A stretch of DNA of 64,000 nucleotides from Eledone cirrhosa (taxonomy: Eukaryota), in NCBI GenBank assembly GCA_964016885.1, contig OZ024751.1, positions 47,120,001-47,184,000 of the forward strand, in the 5' to 3' direction. The position numbers were made by a program, and so were the translations under genes. Within the stretch, counting starts at the first letter, position 1, and each line of letters begins with the position of its first letter. This document shows positions 1 through 13,300 of the stretch, piece after piece. The notes beneath the pieces were generated by a model that ran no database searches, was not told where the DNA came from, and worked only from the letters and a program-made list of their open reading frames with translations.

Positions 1-160
1 ACAACAACAATAACACCACCAACAACAACAATAACACCAACAACAACGCCAATACCAGCAACAACACCACCACCACCAACAATAACACCACCAACAACAA
101 CAATACCAGCAACAACAACACCAACACAATCACCACCAACAATACCAACAACACCAGCAA
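1..160. repeat. (ACA/ACC)n low-complexity trinucleotide tract, running off the window edge
   Basis: Degenerate acaacaaca/accaccacc triplets; opposite strand polarity to the large GT array that follows. Confidence 0.9.
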
Positions 161-181
161 TGTTTAATGCCTTATACACAT

Positions 182-183
<2 letters not shown>

Positions 184-268
<85 letters not shown>

Positions 269-335
269 TGGCACTCTCAAACACGCACACACACTCAAAC
301 ACACACAAATACGCACAGACAAATACACACAAACA
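184..335. repeat. (CA)n microsatellite with degenerate tail
   Basis: Pure CA run at ~184-265, then decayed CA-rich sequence. Confidence 0.95.
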
Positions 336-450
336 TATACACACGAGTTTTGTTTTGTTTGATGGAAAAGTTGGACCATTCAAGCTTCAGGACTAAAAGA
401 CAGTTTTAGCTTTGTCGAGGCCCTTTTTTCACATCATATCTTAGATTAAC
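335..450 (-). mobile_element. Decayed RTE-clade LINE fragment (second, more diverged copy of the post-RT segment)
   Basis: Minus strand reads DVKK..LDKAKTVF*..LKLEWSNFSIKQNKTRVY with frameshifts, paralleling GVEKRHGKAAVFIQSLKPDWSNSFINRDTK of the adjacent copy. Confidence 0.55.
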
Positions 451-477
451 TGAACTGGTTTCTACCGTGAGTCCTCA

Positions 478-1372
478 ATAAGCTTTGGTGTCTCTGTTAA
501 TGAAGGAGTTGGACCAATCAGGTTTCAGAGTTGGGCCATAACAGGTTTCAGAGTTGGGCCTTAACAGGTTTCAGAGTTGGGCCATAACAGGTTTCAGAGT
601 TGGGCCATAACAGGTTTCAGAGTTGGGCCATAACAGGTTTCAGAGTTGGGCCATAACAGGTTTCAGAGTTGGGCTATAACAGGTTTCAGAGTTGGGCTAT
701 AACAGGTTTCAGAGTTGGGCCATAACAGGTTTCAGAGTTGGGCCAATCAGGTTTCAGAGTTGGGCCATAACAGGTTTCAGAGTTGGGCCATAACAGGTTT
801 CAGAGTTGGGCCATAACAGGTTTCAGAGTTGGGCTATAACAGGTTTGAGAGTTGGGCCATAACAGGTTTCAGAGTTGGGCCATAACAGGTTTCAGAGTTG
901 GACCATAACAGGTTTCAGAGTTGGGCCATAACAGGTTTCAGAGTTGGGCCATAACAGTTTCAGAGTTGGGCCATAACAGGTTTCAGAGTTGGACCATAAC
1001 AGGTTTCAGAGTTGGGCCATAACAGGTTTCAGAGTTGGGCCATAACAGGTTTCAGAGTTGGGCCATAACAGGTTTCAGAGTTGGACCATAACAGGTTTCA
1101 GAGTTGGGCCATAACAGGTTTCAGAGTTGGGCCATAACAGGTTTCAGAGTTGGGCTATAACAGGTTTCAGAGTTGGGCTATAACAGGTTTCAGAGTTGGG
1201 CTATAACAGGTTTCAGAGTTGGGCTATAACAGGTTTCAGACTCTGAATGAAAACTGCAGCTTTGCCGTGTCTCTTTTCCACACCTGTTCTCGAGATTCAA
1301 CCTTCAGTAATGAGACAGCCCAGGTATGTAAAGGTGTCAACCGTCACCAGGGTTTGGCCCTCCAGTTGGTCC
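478..1372 (-). mobile_element. Decayed RTE-clade LINE RT C-terminal fragment interrupted by a minisatellite
   Basis: With the minisatellite collapsed, the minus strand translates QLEGQTLVTVDTFTYLGCLITEG*ISRTGVEKRHGKAAVFIQSLKPDWSNSFINRDTK, matching the VDxFxYLG..R.GKA...F..L..IW....I...TK pattern of RTE RTs. Confidence 0.75.
506..1240. repeat. 23-bp minisatellite, ~32 copies (GGTTTCAGAGTTGGGCCATAACA)
   Basis: Directly visible period of 23 with few variants (ggacc, ggcta, ccaatc). Confidence 0.97.
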
Positions 1373-1384
1373 TCACCAGTTCCT

Positions 1385-4300
1385 GGGTGTTGCTGGTGGT
1401 GATTGTGGTGGTTTTGCTGGTATTGGCGGTGGTGGTGGTGCTGTTGTTGTTGGAGATGGTGTTGGTAGTGTTGTTGGTGGTGGGTGTATTGGTGGTGTTG
1501 GTGGTGGTATTGTTGGTATTGCTGGTGGTGATGATGGTAATGGTGGTGTTGCTGGTGGCAATGGTGGTATTGCTAGTGGTGGTGGTGGTGGTGTTGGTGG
1601 TGGTATTGTTGGTATTGATGGTGGTGGTGGTATTGTTGGTGTTGCTGGTGGCAATGGTGGTGGTGATGATGGTGATGGTGATGATGGTGGTGACGGTGGT
1701 ATGCTGCTGCTGTTTGTGGTCGTGATGATGGTGTTGCTGGTGGTGTTGTTGGTGGTGTTGATGGTGGTGTTGCTGGTGGTGTTGTTGGTGGTGTTGCTGG
1801 TAGTGTTGCTGGTGGTGTTGATGGTGGTGTTGTTGGTGGTGTTGCTGGTGGTGTTGTTGGTGGTGTTGATGGTGGGGTTGTTGGTGTTGTTGTTGGTGGT
1901 GTTGATGGTGGTGTTGTTGGTGGTGTTGTTGGTGGTGTTGTTGGTGGTGTTGTTGGTGGTGTTGTTGGTGGTGTTGATGGTGGTGTTGCTGGTGGTGTTG
2001 TTCGTGGTGTTGATGGTAGCGTTGGTGTTGTTGGTGGTGTTGATGGTGGTGTTGCTGGTGGTGTTGCTGGTGGTGGTGATGGTGGTGTTGTTGGTGGTGT
2101 TGCTGGTGGTGTTGTTGGTGGTGTTGATGGTGGTGTTGATGGTGGTGTTGTCGGTGGTGTTGTTGGTGGTGTTGGTGGTGGTGTTGTTGGTGGTGTTGAT
2201 GGTGGTGTTGTTGGTGGTGTTGCTGGTGGTGTTGTTGTTGGTGTTGTTGGTGTTGGTGGTGGTGGTGTTGTTGTTGTTGGTGGTGTTGCTGGTGGTGTTG
2301 TTGGTGGTGTTGTTGGTGGTGTTGTTGGTGGTGTTGTTGGTGGTGTTGTTGGTGGTGGTGTTGGTGGTGGTGATGGTGGTGTTGTTGGTGGTGTTGCTGG
2401 TGGTGTTGTTGGTGGTGTTGATGGTGGTGTTGTCGGTGGTGTTGTTGGTGGTGTTGATGGTGGTGTTGTTGGTGGTGTTGTTGGTGGGGTTGTTGGTGGT
2501 GTTGTTGGTGGTGTTGTTGGTGGTGTTGATGGTGGTGTTGATGGTGGTGTTGATGGTAGTGTTGTTGGTGGTGTTGTTGGTGGTGTTGATGGTGGTGTTG
2601 ATGGTGGTGTTGATGGTGGTGTTGCTGGTGGTGTTGTTGGTGGTGTTGTTGGTGGTGTTGTTGGTGGTGTTGTTGGTGGTGTTATTGGTGGTGTTGTTGT
2701 TGGTGGTATTGTTGGTGGTGTTGATGGTGGTGTTGATGGTGGTGTTGCTGTTGGTGGTGTTGTTGGTGGTGTTGATGGTGGTGTTGATGGTGGTGTTGCT
2801 GTTGGTGGTGTTGTTGGTGGTGTTGATGGTGGTGTTGATGGTCGTGTTGTCGGTGGTGTTGTTGGTGGTGTTGATGGTGGTGGTTTTGGTGGTGTTGATG
2901 GTGGTGGTTTTGGTGGTGTTGTTGGTGGTGTTGCTGGTGGTGTTGCTGGTGGTGTTGCTGGTGGTGTTGTTGGTGGTGTTGTTGGTGGTGTTGTTGGTTG
3001 GGTTGTTGGTGGTGTTGTTGGTGGTGTTGCTGGTGGTGTTGTTGGTGGTGTTGTTGGTGGTGTTGTTGGTGGTGTTGTTGGTGGTGTTGATGGTGGTGTT
3101 GTTGGCGGTTTTGATGGTGGTGTTGTTGGTGGTGTTGATGGTGGTGTTGGTGTTGTTGGTGGTGTTGTTAGTGGTGTTGTTGTTGGTGGTGTTGGTGGTG
3201 TTGATGGTGGTGTTGTTGGTGGTGTTGCTGGTGGTGTTGTTGTTGTTCTTGTTGGTGTTGTTGGTGGTGTTGTTGTTGGTGGTGTTGCTGGTGGTGTTGA
3301 TGGTGGTGTTGTTGGTGGTGTTGTTGGTGGTGTTGGTGGTGGTATTGTTGGTGGTGTTGTTGGAGGTGTTGCTGGTGGTGTTGGTGGTGGTGTTGTTGGT
3401 GGTGTTGTTGGTGGTGTTGCTGGTGGTGTTGCTGGTGATGTTGTTGGTGGTGTTGCTGGTGGTGTTGTTGGTGGTGTTGATGGTGGTGTTGTTGTTGGTG
3501 TTGTTGTAGGTGGTGTTGTTGCTGGTGTTGTTGGTGGTGTTGCTGGTGGTGTTGCTGGTGGTGGTGTTGTTGGTGGTGTTGATGGTGGTGTTGTTGGTGG
3601 TGTTGTTAGTGGTGTTGATGGTGGTGTTGATGGTGGTGTTGTTGGTGGTGTTGCTGGTGGTGTTGTTGGTGGTGTTGATGGTGGTGTTGATGTTGGTGTT
3701 GTTGGTGGTATTGTTGGTGGGGTTGTTGGTGGTGTTGTTGGTGGTGTTGTTGGTGGTGTTGCTGGTGGTGTTGTTGGTAGTGTTGGTGGTGGTGTTGTTG
3801 GTGGGGTTGCTGGTGGTGTTGATGGTGGTGTTGTTGGTGGTGGTGTGGTGGTGATATTGTTGGTGGTGTTGCTGGTGGTGTTGGTGGTGGTGTTGTTGGT
3901 TGTGTTGTTGGTGGTGTTGTTGGTGGTGTTGATGTTGGTGTTGTTGGTGGTGTTGCTGGTGGTTTTAATGGTGGTGGTGTTGCTGATGTTGTTGGTGGTG
4001 TTGCTGGTGGTGTTGTTGGTGGTGTTGTTGGTGGTGTCGTTGCTGGTGTTGATGGTGGTGTTGATGGTAGTGTTGTTGGTGGTGTTGCTGGTGTTGCTGG
4101 TGGTGTTGTTGGTGGTGTTGTTGGTGGTGTTGCTGGTGGTGTTGATGGTGGTGTTGCTGGTGGTGTTGTTGGTGGTGTTGTCGGTGGTGTTGTTGGTGGT
4201 GTTGATGGTGGTGTTGTTGGTGGTGTTGATGGTGGTTTTGTTGTTGGTGTTGTTGGTGGTGTTGATGGTGGTGTTGCTGGTGGTGTTGCTGGTGGTGTTG

Positions 4301-7300
4301 TTGGTGGTGTTGTCGGTGGTGTTGTTGGTGGTGTTGATGGTGGTGTTGTTGGTGGTGTTGATGGTGGTGTTGATAGTGGTGTTGATGTTAGTGTTGTTGG
4401 TGGTGTTGTTGGTGGGGTTGTTGGTGGTGTTGTTGGTGGTGTTGTTGGTGGTGTTGTTGGTGGTGTTGCTGGTGGTGTTGTTGGTGGTGTTGTGGTGGTG
4501 ATGGTGGTGGTGTTGTTGGTGGTGTTGCTGGTGGTGTTGATGGTGGTGTTGTTGGTGGTGTTGTTGGTGGTGTTGTTGGTGGTATTGTTGGTGGTGTTGT
4601 TGGTGGTGTTGCTGGTGGTGTTGGTGGTGGTGTTGTTGGTGGTGTTGTTGGTGGTGTTGTAGGTGGTGTTGTTGGTGGTGTTGATGGTGGTGTTGTTGGT
4701 GGTGTTGTTGGTGGTGTTGGTGGTGGTATTGTTGGTGGTGTTGTTGGAGGTGTTGCTGGTGGTGTTGGTGGTGGTGTTGTTGGTGGTGTTGTTGGTGGTG
4801 TTGCTGGTGGTGTTGCTGGTGATGTTGTTGGTGGTGTTGCTGGTGGTGTTGTTGGTGGTGTTGATGGTGGTGTTGTTGTTGGTGTTGTTGTAGGTGGTGT
4901 TGTTGCTGGTGTTGTTGGTGGTGTTGCTGGTGGTGTTGCTGGTGGTGGTGTTGTTGGTGGTGTTGATGGTGGTGTTGTTGGTGGTGTTGTTAGTGGTGTT
5001 GATGGTGGTGTTGATGGTGGTGTTGTTGGTGGTGTTGCTGGTGGTGTTGTTGGTGGTGTTGATGGTGGTGTTGATGTTGGTGTTGTTGGTGGTATTGTTG
5101 GTGCGGTTGTTGGTGGTGGTGTTGGTGGTGTTGTTGGTGGTGTTGCTGGTGGTGTTGTTGGTGGTGTTGGTGGTGGTGTTGTTGGTGGGGTTGCTGGTGG
5201 TGTTGTTGGTGGTGTTGGTGGTGGTGTTGTTGGTGGGGTTGCTGGTGGTGTTGATGGTGGTTTTGTTGGTGGTGGTGTGGTGGTGGTATTGTTGGTGGTG
5301 TTGCTGGTGGTGTTGGTGGTGGTGTTGTTGGTGGTGTTGCTGGTGGTGTTGTTGGTGGTGTTGTTGGTGGTGTTGCTGGTGGTGTTGTTGGTGGTGTTGT
5401 TGGTGGTGTTGCTGGTGGTGTTGCTGGTGGTGTTGGTGGTGGTGTTGTTGGTGGTGTTGTTGGTGGTGTTGTTGGTGGTGTTGCTGGTGGTGTTGCTGGT
5501 GGTGTTGTTGGTGGTCTTGGTGGTGGTGTTGTGGGTGGTGTTGTGGGTGGTGTTGTTGCTGGTGTTGTTGGTGGTGTTGCTGGTGGTGTTGATGGTGGTG
5601 TTGTTGGTGGTGTTGTTGGTGGTGTTGTTGGTGGTGTTGTTGGTGGTGTTGCTGGTGGTGTTGTTGGTGGTGTTATTGGTGGTGTTGCTGGTGGTGTTGA
5701 TGGTGGTGTTGTTGGCGGTGTTGCTGGAGGTGTTGCTGGTGTTGATGGTGGTGTTGATGGTGGTCGTTTTGGTGGTGTTGTTGGTTGTGTTGTTGGTGGT
5801 GTTGTTGGTGGTGTTGATGTTGGTGTTGTTGGTGGTGTTGCTGGTGGTTTTAATGGTGGTGGTGTTGCTGATGTTGTTGGTGGTGTTGCTGGTGGTGTTG
5901 TTGGTGGTGTTGTTGGTGGTGTCGTTGCTGGTGTTGATGGTGGTGTTGATGGTAGTGTTGTTGGTGGTGTTGCTGGTGGTGTTGTTGGTGGTGTTGTTGG
6001 TGGTGTTGCTGGTGGTGTTGATGGTGGTGTTGCTGGTGGTGTTGTTGGTGGTGTTGTCGGTGGTGTTGTTGGTGGTGTTGATGGTGGTGTTGTTGGTGGT
6101 GTTGATGGTGGTTTTGTTGTTGGTGTTGTTGGTGGTGTTGATGGTGGTGTTGCTGGTGGTGTTGCTGGTGGTGTTGTTGGTGGTGTTGTCGGTGGTGTTG
6201 TTGGTGGTATTGATGGTGGTGTTGTTGGTGGTGTTGATGGTGGTGTTGATAGTGGTGTTGATGTTAGTGTTGTTGGTGGTGTTGTTGGTGGGGTTGTTGG
6301 TGGTGTTGTTGGTGGTGTTGTTGGTGGTGTTGATGGTGGTGTTGCTGGTGGTGTTGTTGGTGGTGTTGTGGTGGTGATGGTGGTGGTGTTGTTGGTGGTG
6401 TTGCTGGTGGTGTTGATGGTGGTGTTGTTGGTGGTGTTGTTGGTGGTGTTGTTGGTGGTATTGTTGGTGGTGTTGTTGGTGGTGTTGTTGGTGGTGTTGG
6501 TGGTGGTGTTGTTGGTGGTGTTGATGGTGTTGCTGGTGGTGTTGCAGGTGGTTTGATGGTGGTGTTGTTGGTGGTGTTGTTGGTGGTGTTGTAGGTGGTG
6601 TTGTTGGTGGTGTTGTTGGCGGTGTTGTTGGTGGTGTTGTTGGTGGTGTTGCTGGTAGTGTTGTTGTTGGTGTTGTTGGTGGTGTTGAAGGTGGTGGTGT
6701 TGTTGGTGGTGTTCCTGGTGTTGTTGGTGGTGTTAATGATGGTGGTGTTGCTGATGTTGTTGGTGGTGTTGCTGGTGGTGTTGTTGGTGGTGTTGCTGGT
6801 GGTGTTGTTGGTGATGTTGTTGCTGGTGTTGATGGTGGTGTTGATGGTAGTGTTGTTGGTGGTGTTGCTGGTGTTGCTGGTGGTGTTGATCGTGGTGGTG
6901 TTCCTGGTGTTGCTGGTGGTGTTGTTGGTGGTGTTGATGGTGGTGTTGTTGTTGGTGGTGTTGATGGTGGTGTTGTTGGTGGTGTTGTTGGTGGTGTTGT
7001 TTGTAGTGTTGTTGGTGGTGTTGTTGGTGGTGTTGATGGTGGTTGTGTTGTTGGTGGTGTTGTTGGTGGTGTTGATGGTGGTGTTGTTGGTGGTGTTGTT
7101 GGTGGTGTTGCTGGTGGTGTTGTTGTTGTTGGTGGTGTTGGTGGTGGTGTTGATGGTGGTGTTGTTGGTGGTGGTGATGGTGGTGTTGTTGGTGGTGTTG
7201 CTGGTGGTGTTGTTGGTGGTGTTGATGGTGGTGTTGATGGTGGTGTTGTCGGTGGTGTTGTTGGTGGTGTTGTTGGTGGTGTTGCTGGTGGTGTTGTTGG

Positions 7301-10300
7301 TGGTGTTGATGGTGGTGTTGATGGTGGTGGTGGTGGTGGTGTTGATGGTGGTGTTGTCGGTGGTGTGGTTGGTGGCGTTGTTTGTGGTATTGTTGGTGGT
7401 GTTGTTGGAGGTGTTGCTGGTGGTGTTGGTGGTGGTGTTGTTGGTGGTGTTGTTGGTGGTGTTGCTGGTGGTGTTGCTGGTGATGTTGTTGGTGGTGTTG
7501 CTGGTGGTGTTGTTGGTGGTGTTGATGGTGGTGTTGTTGTTGGTGTTGTTGTAGGTGGTGTTGTTGCTGGTGTTGTTGGTGGTGTTGCTGGTGGTGTTGC
7601 TGGTGGTGGTGTTGTTGGTGGTGTTGATGGTGGTGTTGTTGGTGGTGTTGTTAGTGGTGTTGATGGTGGTGTTGATGGCGGTGTTGTTGGTGGTGTTGCT
7701 GGTGGTGTTGTTGGTGGTGTTGGTGGTGGTGTTGTTGGTGGGGTTGCTGGTGGTGTTGATGGTGGTGTTGTTGGTGGTGGTGTGGTGGTGGTATTGTTGG
7801 TGGTGTTGCTGGTGGTGTTGGTGGTGGTGTTGTTGGTGGTGTTGCTGGTGGTGTTGTTGGTGGTGTTGTTGCTGGTGTTGCTGGGGGTGTTGTTGGTGGT
7901 GTTGTTGGTGGTGTTGCTGGTGGTGTTGCTGGTGGTGTTGGTGGTGGTGTTGTTGGTGGTGTTGTTGGTGGTGTTGTTGGTGGTGTTGTTGGTGGTGTTG
8001 CTGGTGGTGTTGCTGGTGGTGTTGTTGGTGGTCTTGGTGGTGGTGTTGTGGGTGGTGTTGTGGGTGGTGTTGTTGGCGGTGTTGCTGGAGGTGTTGCTGG
8101 TGTTGATGGTGGTGTTGATGGTGGTCGTTTTGGTGGTGTTGTTGGTTGTGTTGTTGGTGGTGTTGTAGGTGGTGTTGATGTTGGTGTTGTTGGTGGTGTT
8201 GCTGGTGGTTTTAATGGTGGTGGTGTTGCTGATGTTGTTGGTGGTGTTGCTGGTGGTGTTGTTGGTGGTGTTGTTGGTGGTGTCGTTGCTGGTGTTGATG
8301 GTGGTGTTGATGGTAGTGTTGTTGGTGGTGTTGCTGGTGTTGCTGGTGGTGTTGTTGGTGGTGTTGTTGGTGGTGTTGTCGGTGGTGTTGTTGGTGGTGT
8401 TGATGGTGGTGTTGTTGGTGGTGTTGATGGTGGTTTTGTTGTTGGTGTTGTTGGTGGTGTTGATGGTGGTGTTGCTGGTGGTGTTGCTGGTGGTGTTGTT
8501 GGTGGTGTTGTCGGTGGTGTTGTTGGTGGTGTTGATGGTGGTGTTGTTGGTGGTGTTGATGGTGGTGTTGATAGTGGTGTTGTTGGTGGGGTTGTTGGTG
8601 GTGTTGTTGGTGGTGTTGTTGGTGGTGTTGATGGTGGTGTTGCTGGTGGTGTTGTTGGTGGTGTTGTGGTGGTGATGGTGGTGGTGTTGTTGGTGGTGTT
8701 GCTGGTGGTGTTGATGGTGGTGTTGTCGGTGGTGTTGTTGGTGGTGTTGTTGGTGGTATTGTTGGTGGTGTTGTTGGTGGTGTTGCTGGTGGTGTTGGTG
8801 GTGGTGTTGTTGGTGGTGTTGTTGGTGGTGTTGATGGTGGTGTTGCTGGTGGTGTTGTTGGTGGTGTTGTGGTGGTGATGGTGGTGGTGTTGTTGGTGGT
8901 GTTGCTGGTGGTGTTGATGGTGGTGTTGTCGGTGGTGTTGTTGGTGGTGTTGTTGGTGGTATTGTTGGTGGTGTTGTTGGTGGTGTTGCTGGTGGTGTTG
9001 GTGGTGGTGTTGTTGGTGGGGTTGTTGGTGGTGTTGTTGGTGGTGTTGTTGGTGGTGTTGATGGTGGTGTTGCTGGTGGTGTTGTTGGTGGTGTTGTGGT
9101 GGTGATGGTGGTGGTGTTGTTGGTGGTGTTGCTGGTGGTGTTGATGGTGGTGTTGTTGGTGGTGTTGTTGGTGGTGTTGTTGGTGGTATTGTTGGTGGTG
9201 TTGTTGGTGGTGTTGCTGGTGGTGTTGGTGGTGGTGTTGTTGGTGGTGTTGATGGTGTTGCTGGTGGTGTTGCAGGTGGTTTGATGGTGGTGTTGTTGGT
9301 GGTGTTGTTGGTGGTGTTGTAGGTGGTGTTGTTGGTGGTGTTGTTGGCGGTGTTGTTGGTGGTGTTGTTGGTGGTGTTGCTGGTAGTGTTGTTGTTGGTG
9401 TTGTTGGTGGTGTTGATGGTGGTGGTGTTGTTGGTGGTGTTCCTGGTGTTGTTGGTGGTGGTGTTGCTGATGTTGTTGGTGGTGTTGCTGGTGGTGTTGT
9501 TGGTGGTGTTGCTGGTGGTGTTGTTGGTGATGTTGTTGCTGGTGTTGATGGTGGTGTTGATGGTAGTGTTGTTGGTGGTGTTGCTGGTGTTGTTGGTGGT
9601 GTTACTGGTGTTGCTGGTGGTGTTGATCGTGGTGGTGTTGCTGGTGTTGCTGGTGGTGTTGTTGGTGGTGTTGATGGTGGTGTTGTTGTTGGTGGTGTTG
9701 ATGGTGGTGTTGTTGGTGGTGTTGCTGGTGGTGTTGTTGGTGGTGTTGTTGGTGGTGTTGTTTGTAGTGTTGTTGGTGGTGTTGTTGGTGGTGTTGATGG
9801 TGGTTGTGTTGTTGGTGGTGTTGTTGGTGGTGTTGATGGTGGTGTTGTTGGTGGTGTTGTTGGTGGTGTTGCTGGTGGTGTTGTTGTTGTTGGTGGTGTT
9901 GGTGGTGGTGTTGATGGTGGTGTTGTTGGTGGTGGTGATGGTGGTGTTGTTGGTGGTGTTGCTGGTGGTGTTGTTGGTGGTGTTGATGGTGGTGTTGGTG
10001 GTGGTGTTGATGGTGGTGTTGTCGGTGGTGTGGTTGGTGGCGTTGTTTGTGGTGTTGCTGGTGGTGTTGGTGGTGGTGTTGATGGTGGTGGTTTTGGTGG
10101 TGTTGTTGGTGGTGTTGCTGGTGGTGTTGCTGGTGGTGTTGATGGTGGGGTTGTTGGTGGTGTTGTTGGTGGTGTTGTTGGTGGTGTTGTTGGTGGTATT
10201 GCTGGTGGTGTTGATGGTGGTGTTGTTGGTGGTGTTGTTGGTGGTGTTGTTGGTGGTTTTGTTGGTGGTGTTGTTGGAGGTGTTGCTAGTGGTGTTGCTG

Positions 10301-13300
10301 GTTGTGCTGTTGGTGGTGTTGTTGGTGGTGTTGCTGGTGGTGTTGCTGGTGGTGTTGATGGTGGTGTTGCTGGTTGTGCTGTTGGTGGTGTTGTTGCTGG
10401 TGGTGTTGATGGTGGTGTTGTTGGTGGTGTTGTTGGTGGTGTTGTTGGAGGTGTTGCTGGTGGTGTTGGTGGTGGTGTTATTGGTGGTGTTGTTGGTGGT
10501 GTTGCTGGTGATGTTGCTGGTGGTGTTGTTGGTGGTGTTGTTGGAGGTGTTGCTGGTGGTGTTGTTGGTGGTGTTGGTGGTGTTGCTGGTGATGTTGATG
10601 GTGGTGTTGTCGGTGGTGTTGATGGTGGTGTTGTTGGTGGTGTTGATGGTGGTGTTGCTGGTGGTGTTGATGTTAGTGTTGTTGGTGGTGTTGTTGGTGG
10701 TGTTGTTGGTGGTGTTGTTGGTGGTATTGTTGGTGGTGATGTTGGTGGTGTTGCTGGTGGTGTTGGTGGTGGTGTTGTTGGTGGTGTTGCTGGTGGTGTT
10801 GCTGGTGGTGTTGTTGGTGGTGTTGTTGGTGGTGTTGTTGGTGGTGTTGTTGGTGGTGTTGCTGGTGGTCATGTTGGTGGTGTTGTTGGTGGTGTTGCTG
10901 GTGTGTTGTTGTTGGGGGTGTTGCTGGTGGTGTTGGTGGGGTTGTTGGTGGTGTTGTTGGCGGTGTTGCTGGTAGTGTTGTTGGTGTTGTTGCTGGTGTT
11001 GCTGGTGGTGTTGCTGGTGGTTTGATGGTGGTGTTGTTGGTGGTGTTGCTGGTAGTGTTGTTGGTGGTGTTGCTGGTGGTGTTGATGGTGGTGTTGTTGG
11101 TGGTGTTGCTGATTTTGTTGGTGGTGTTGCTGGTGGTGTTGTTGGTGGTGTTGTTGGTGGTGTTGTTGGTGATGTTGTTGCTGGTGTTGATGGTGGTGTT
11201 GATGGTAGTGTTGTTGCTGGTGTTGCTGGTGGTGTTGATCGTGGTGGTGTTGTTGGTGGTGTTGTTGGTGGTGTTGCTGGTGGTGTTGGTGGTGGTGTTG
11301 TTGGTGGGGTTGCTGGTGGTGTTGATGGTGGTGTTGTTGGTGGTGGTGTGGTGGTGGTATTGTTGGTGGTGTTGCTGGTGGTGTTGCTGGTGGTGTTGGT
11401 GGTGGTGTTGTTGGTGGTGTTGCTGGTGGTGTTGTTGGTGGTGTTGTTGTGGTGTTGCTGGTGGTGTTGCTGGTGGTGTTGTTGGTGGTGTTGTTGGTGG
11501 TGTTGCTGGTGGTGTTGTTCGTGGTGTTGTTGGAGGTGTTGCTGGTGGTGTTGTTGGTGGTGTTGGTGGTGTTGCTGGTGATGTTGATGGTGGTGTTGTT
11601 GGTGGTGTTGTTGGTGGTGTTGTTGGTGGTGTTGTTGGTGGTTTTGTTGGTGGTGTTGTTGGTGGTTTTGTTGGTGGTGTTGTTGGAGGTGTTGCTGGTG
11701 GTGTTGGTGGTGGTGTTGTTGGTGGTGTTGTTGGTGGTGTTGTTGGTGGTGTTGTTGGTGGTTTTGTTGGTGGTGTTGTTGGAGGTGTTGCTGGTGGTGT
11801 TGGTGGTGGTGTTGTTGGTGGTGTTGTTGGTGGTGTTGCTGGTGATGTTGCTGGTGGTGTTGTTGGTGGTGTTGTTGGAGGTGTTGCTGGTGGTGTTGTT
11901 GGTGGTGTTGGTGGTGTTGCTGGTGATGTTGATGGTGGTGTTGTCGGTGGTGTTGTTGGTGGTGTTGATGGTGGTGTTGTTGGTGGTGTTGATGGTGGTG
12001 TTGCTGGTGGTGTTGATGTTAGTGTTGTTGGTGGTGTTGTTGGTGGTATTGTTGGTGGTGTTGTTGGTGGCGTTGCTGGTGGTGTTGGTGGTGGTGTTGT
12101 TGGTGGTGTTGCTGGTGGTGTTGCTGGTGGTGTTGTTGGTGGTGTTGTTGGTGGTGTTGTTGGTGGTGTTGTTGGTGGTGTTGCTGGTGGTCATGTTGGT
12201 GGTGTTGTTGGTGGTGTTGGTGGGGTTGTTGGTGGTGTTGTTGGCGGTGTTGCTGGTAGTGTTGTTGGTGTTGTTGCTGGTGGTGTTGCTGGTGGTTTGA
12301 TGGTGGTGTTGTTGGTGGTGTTGCTGGTAGTGTTGTTGGTGGTGTTGCTGGTGGTGTTGATGGTGGTGTTGTTGGTGGTGTTGCTGGTGTTGCTGGTGGT
12401 GTTAATGATGGTGGTGTTGCTGATTTTGTTGGTGGTGTTGCTGGTGGTGTTGTTGGTGGTGTTGCTGGTGGTGTTGTTGGAGATGTTGTTGCTAGCGTTG
12501 ATGGTGGTGTTGCTGGTGGTGTTGCTGGTGTTGCTGGTGGTGTTGATCGTGGTGGTGTTGCTGGTGGTGTTGTTGGTGGTGTTGATGGTGGTGTTGTTGT
12601 TGGTGGTGTTGATGGTGGTGTTGTTGGTGGTGTTGCTGGTGGTGTTGTTGGTGGTGTTGTTGGTGGTGTTGATGGTGGTGTTGATGGTGGTGTTGTTGGT
12701 GGTGTTGCTGGTGTTGATGGTGGTGTTGATGGTGGTGGTGTTGGTGGTGTTGTTGGTTGTGTTGTTGGTGGTGTTGTTGGTGGGGTTGTTGGTGGTGTTG
12801 TTGGTGGTGTTGCTGGTGGTGTTGTTGGTAGTGTTGATGGTGGTGTTGTTGGTGGTGTTGTTGGTGCTGCTGTTGTTGGTGGTGGTGATGATGGTGTTGC
12901 TGGTGGTGTGGTTGGTGGTGTTGTTGGTGGTGTTGTTGGTGGTGTTGTTGGTGGTGTTGTTGGTGGTGTTGGTGGTGGTGTTGCTGGTGGTGTTGTTGGT
13001 GGTGTTGATGGTGGTGTTGATGGTGGTGTTGATGGTGGTTTTGTTGGTGGTGTTGTTGGTGGTGTTGTTGTTGGTGTTGATGGTGGTGTTGTTTGTGGTG
13101 TTGATGGTGGTGTTGCTGGTGGCGTTGATGTTAGTGTTGTTGGTGGTGTTGTTGGTGGGGTTGTTGGTGGCGTTGTTGGTGGTGTTGTTGGTGGTGTTGA
13201 TGGTGGTGTTGTAGGTGGTGTTGCTGGTGGTGTTGTTGGTGGTGTTGTTGGTGGTGATGGTGGTGGTGTTGTTGGTGGTGTTGCTGGTGGTGTTGATGGT

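Noticed and set aside
506-1240. CRISPR-like appearance of short regular repeats (also the 41-mer and 48-mer arrays)
   Set aside because: Head-to-tail units with no unique spacers and no cas genes.
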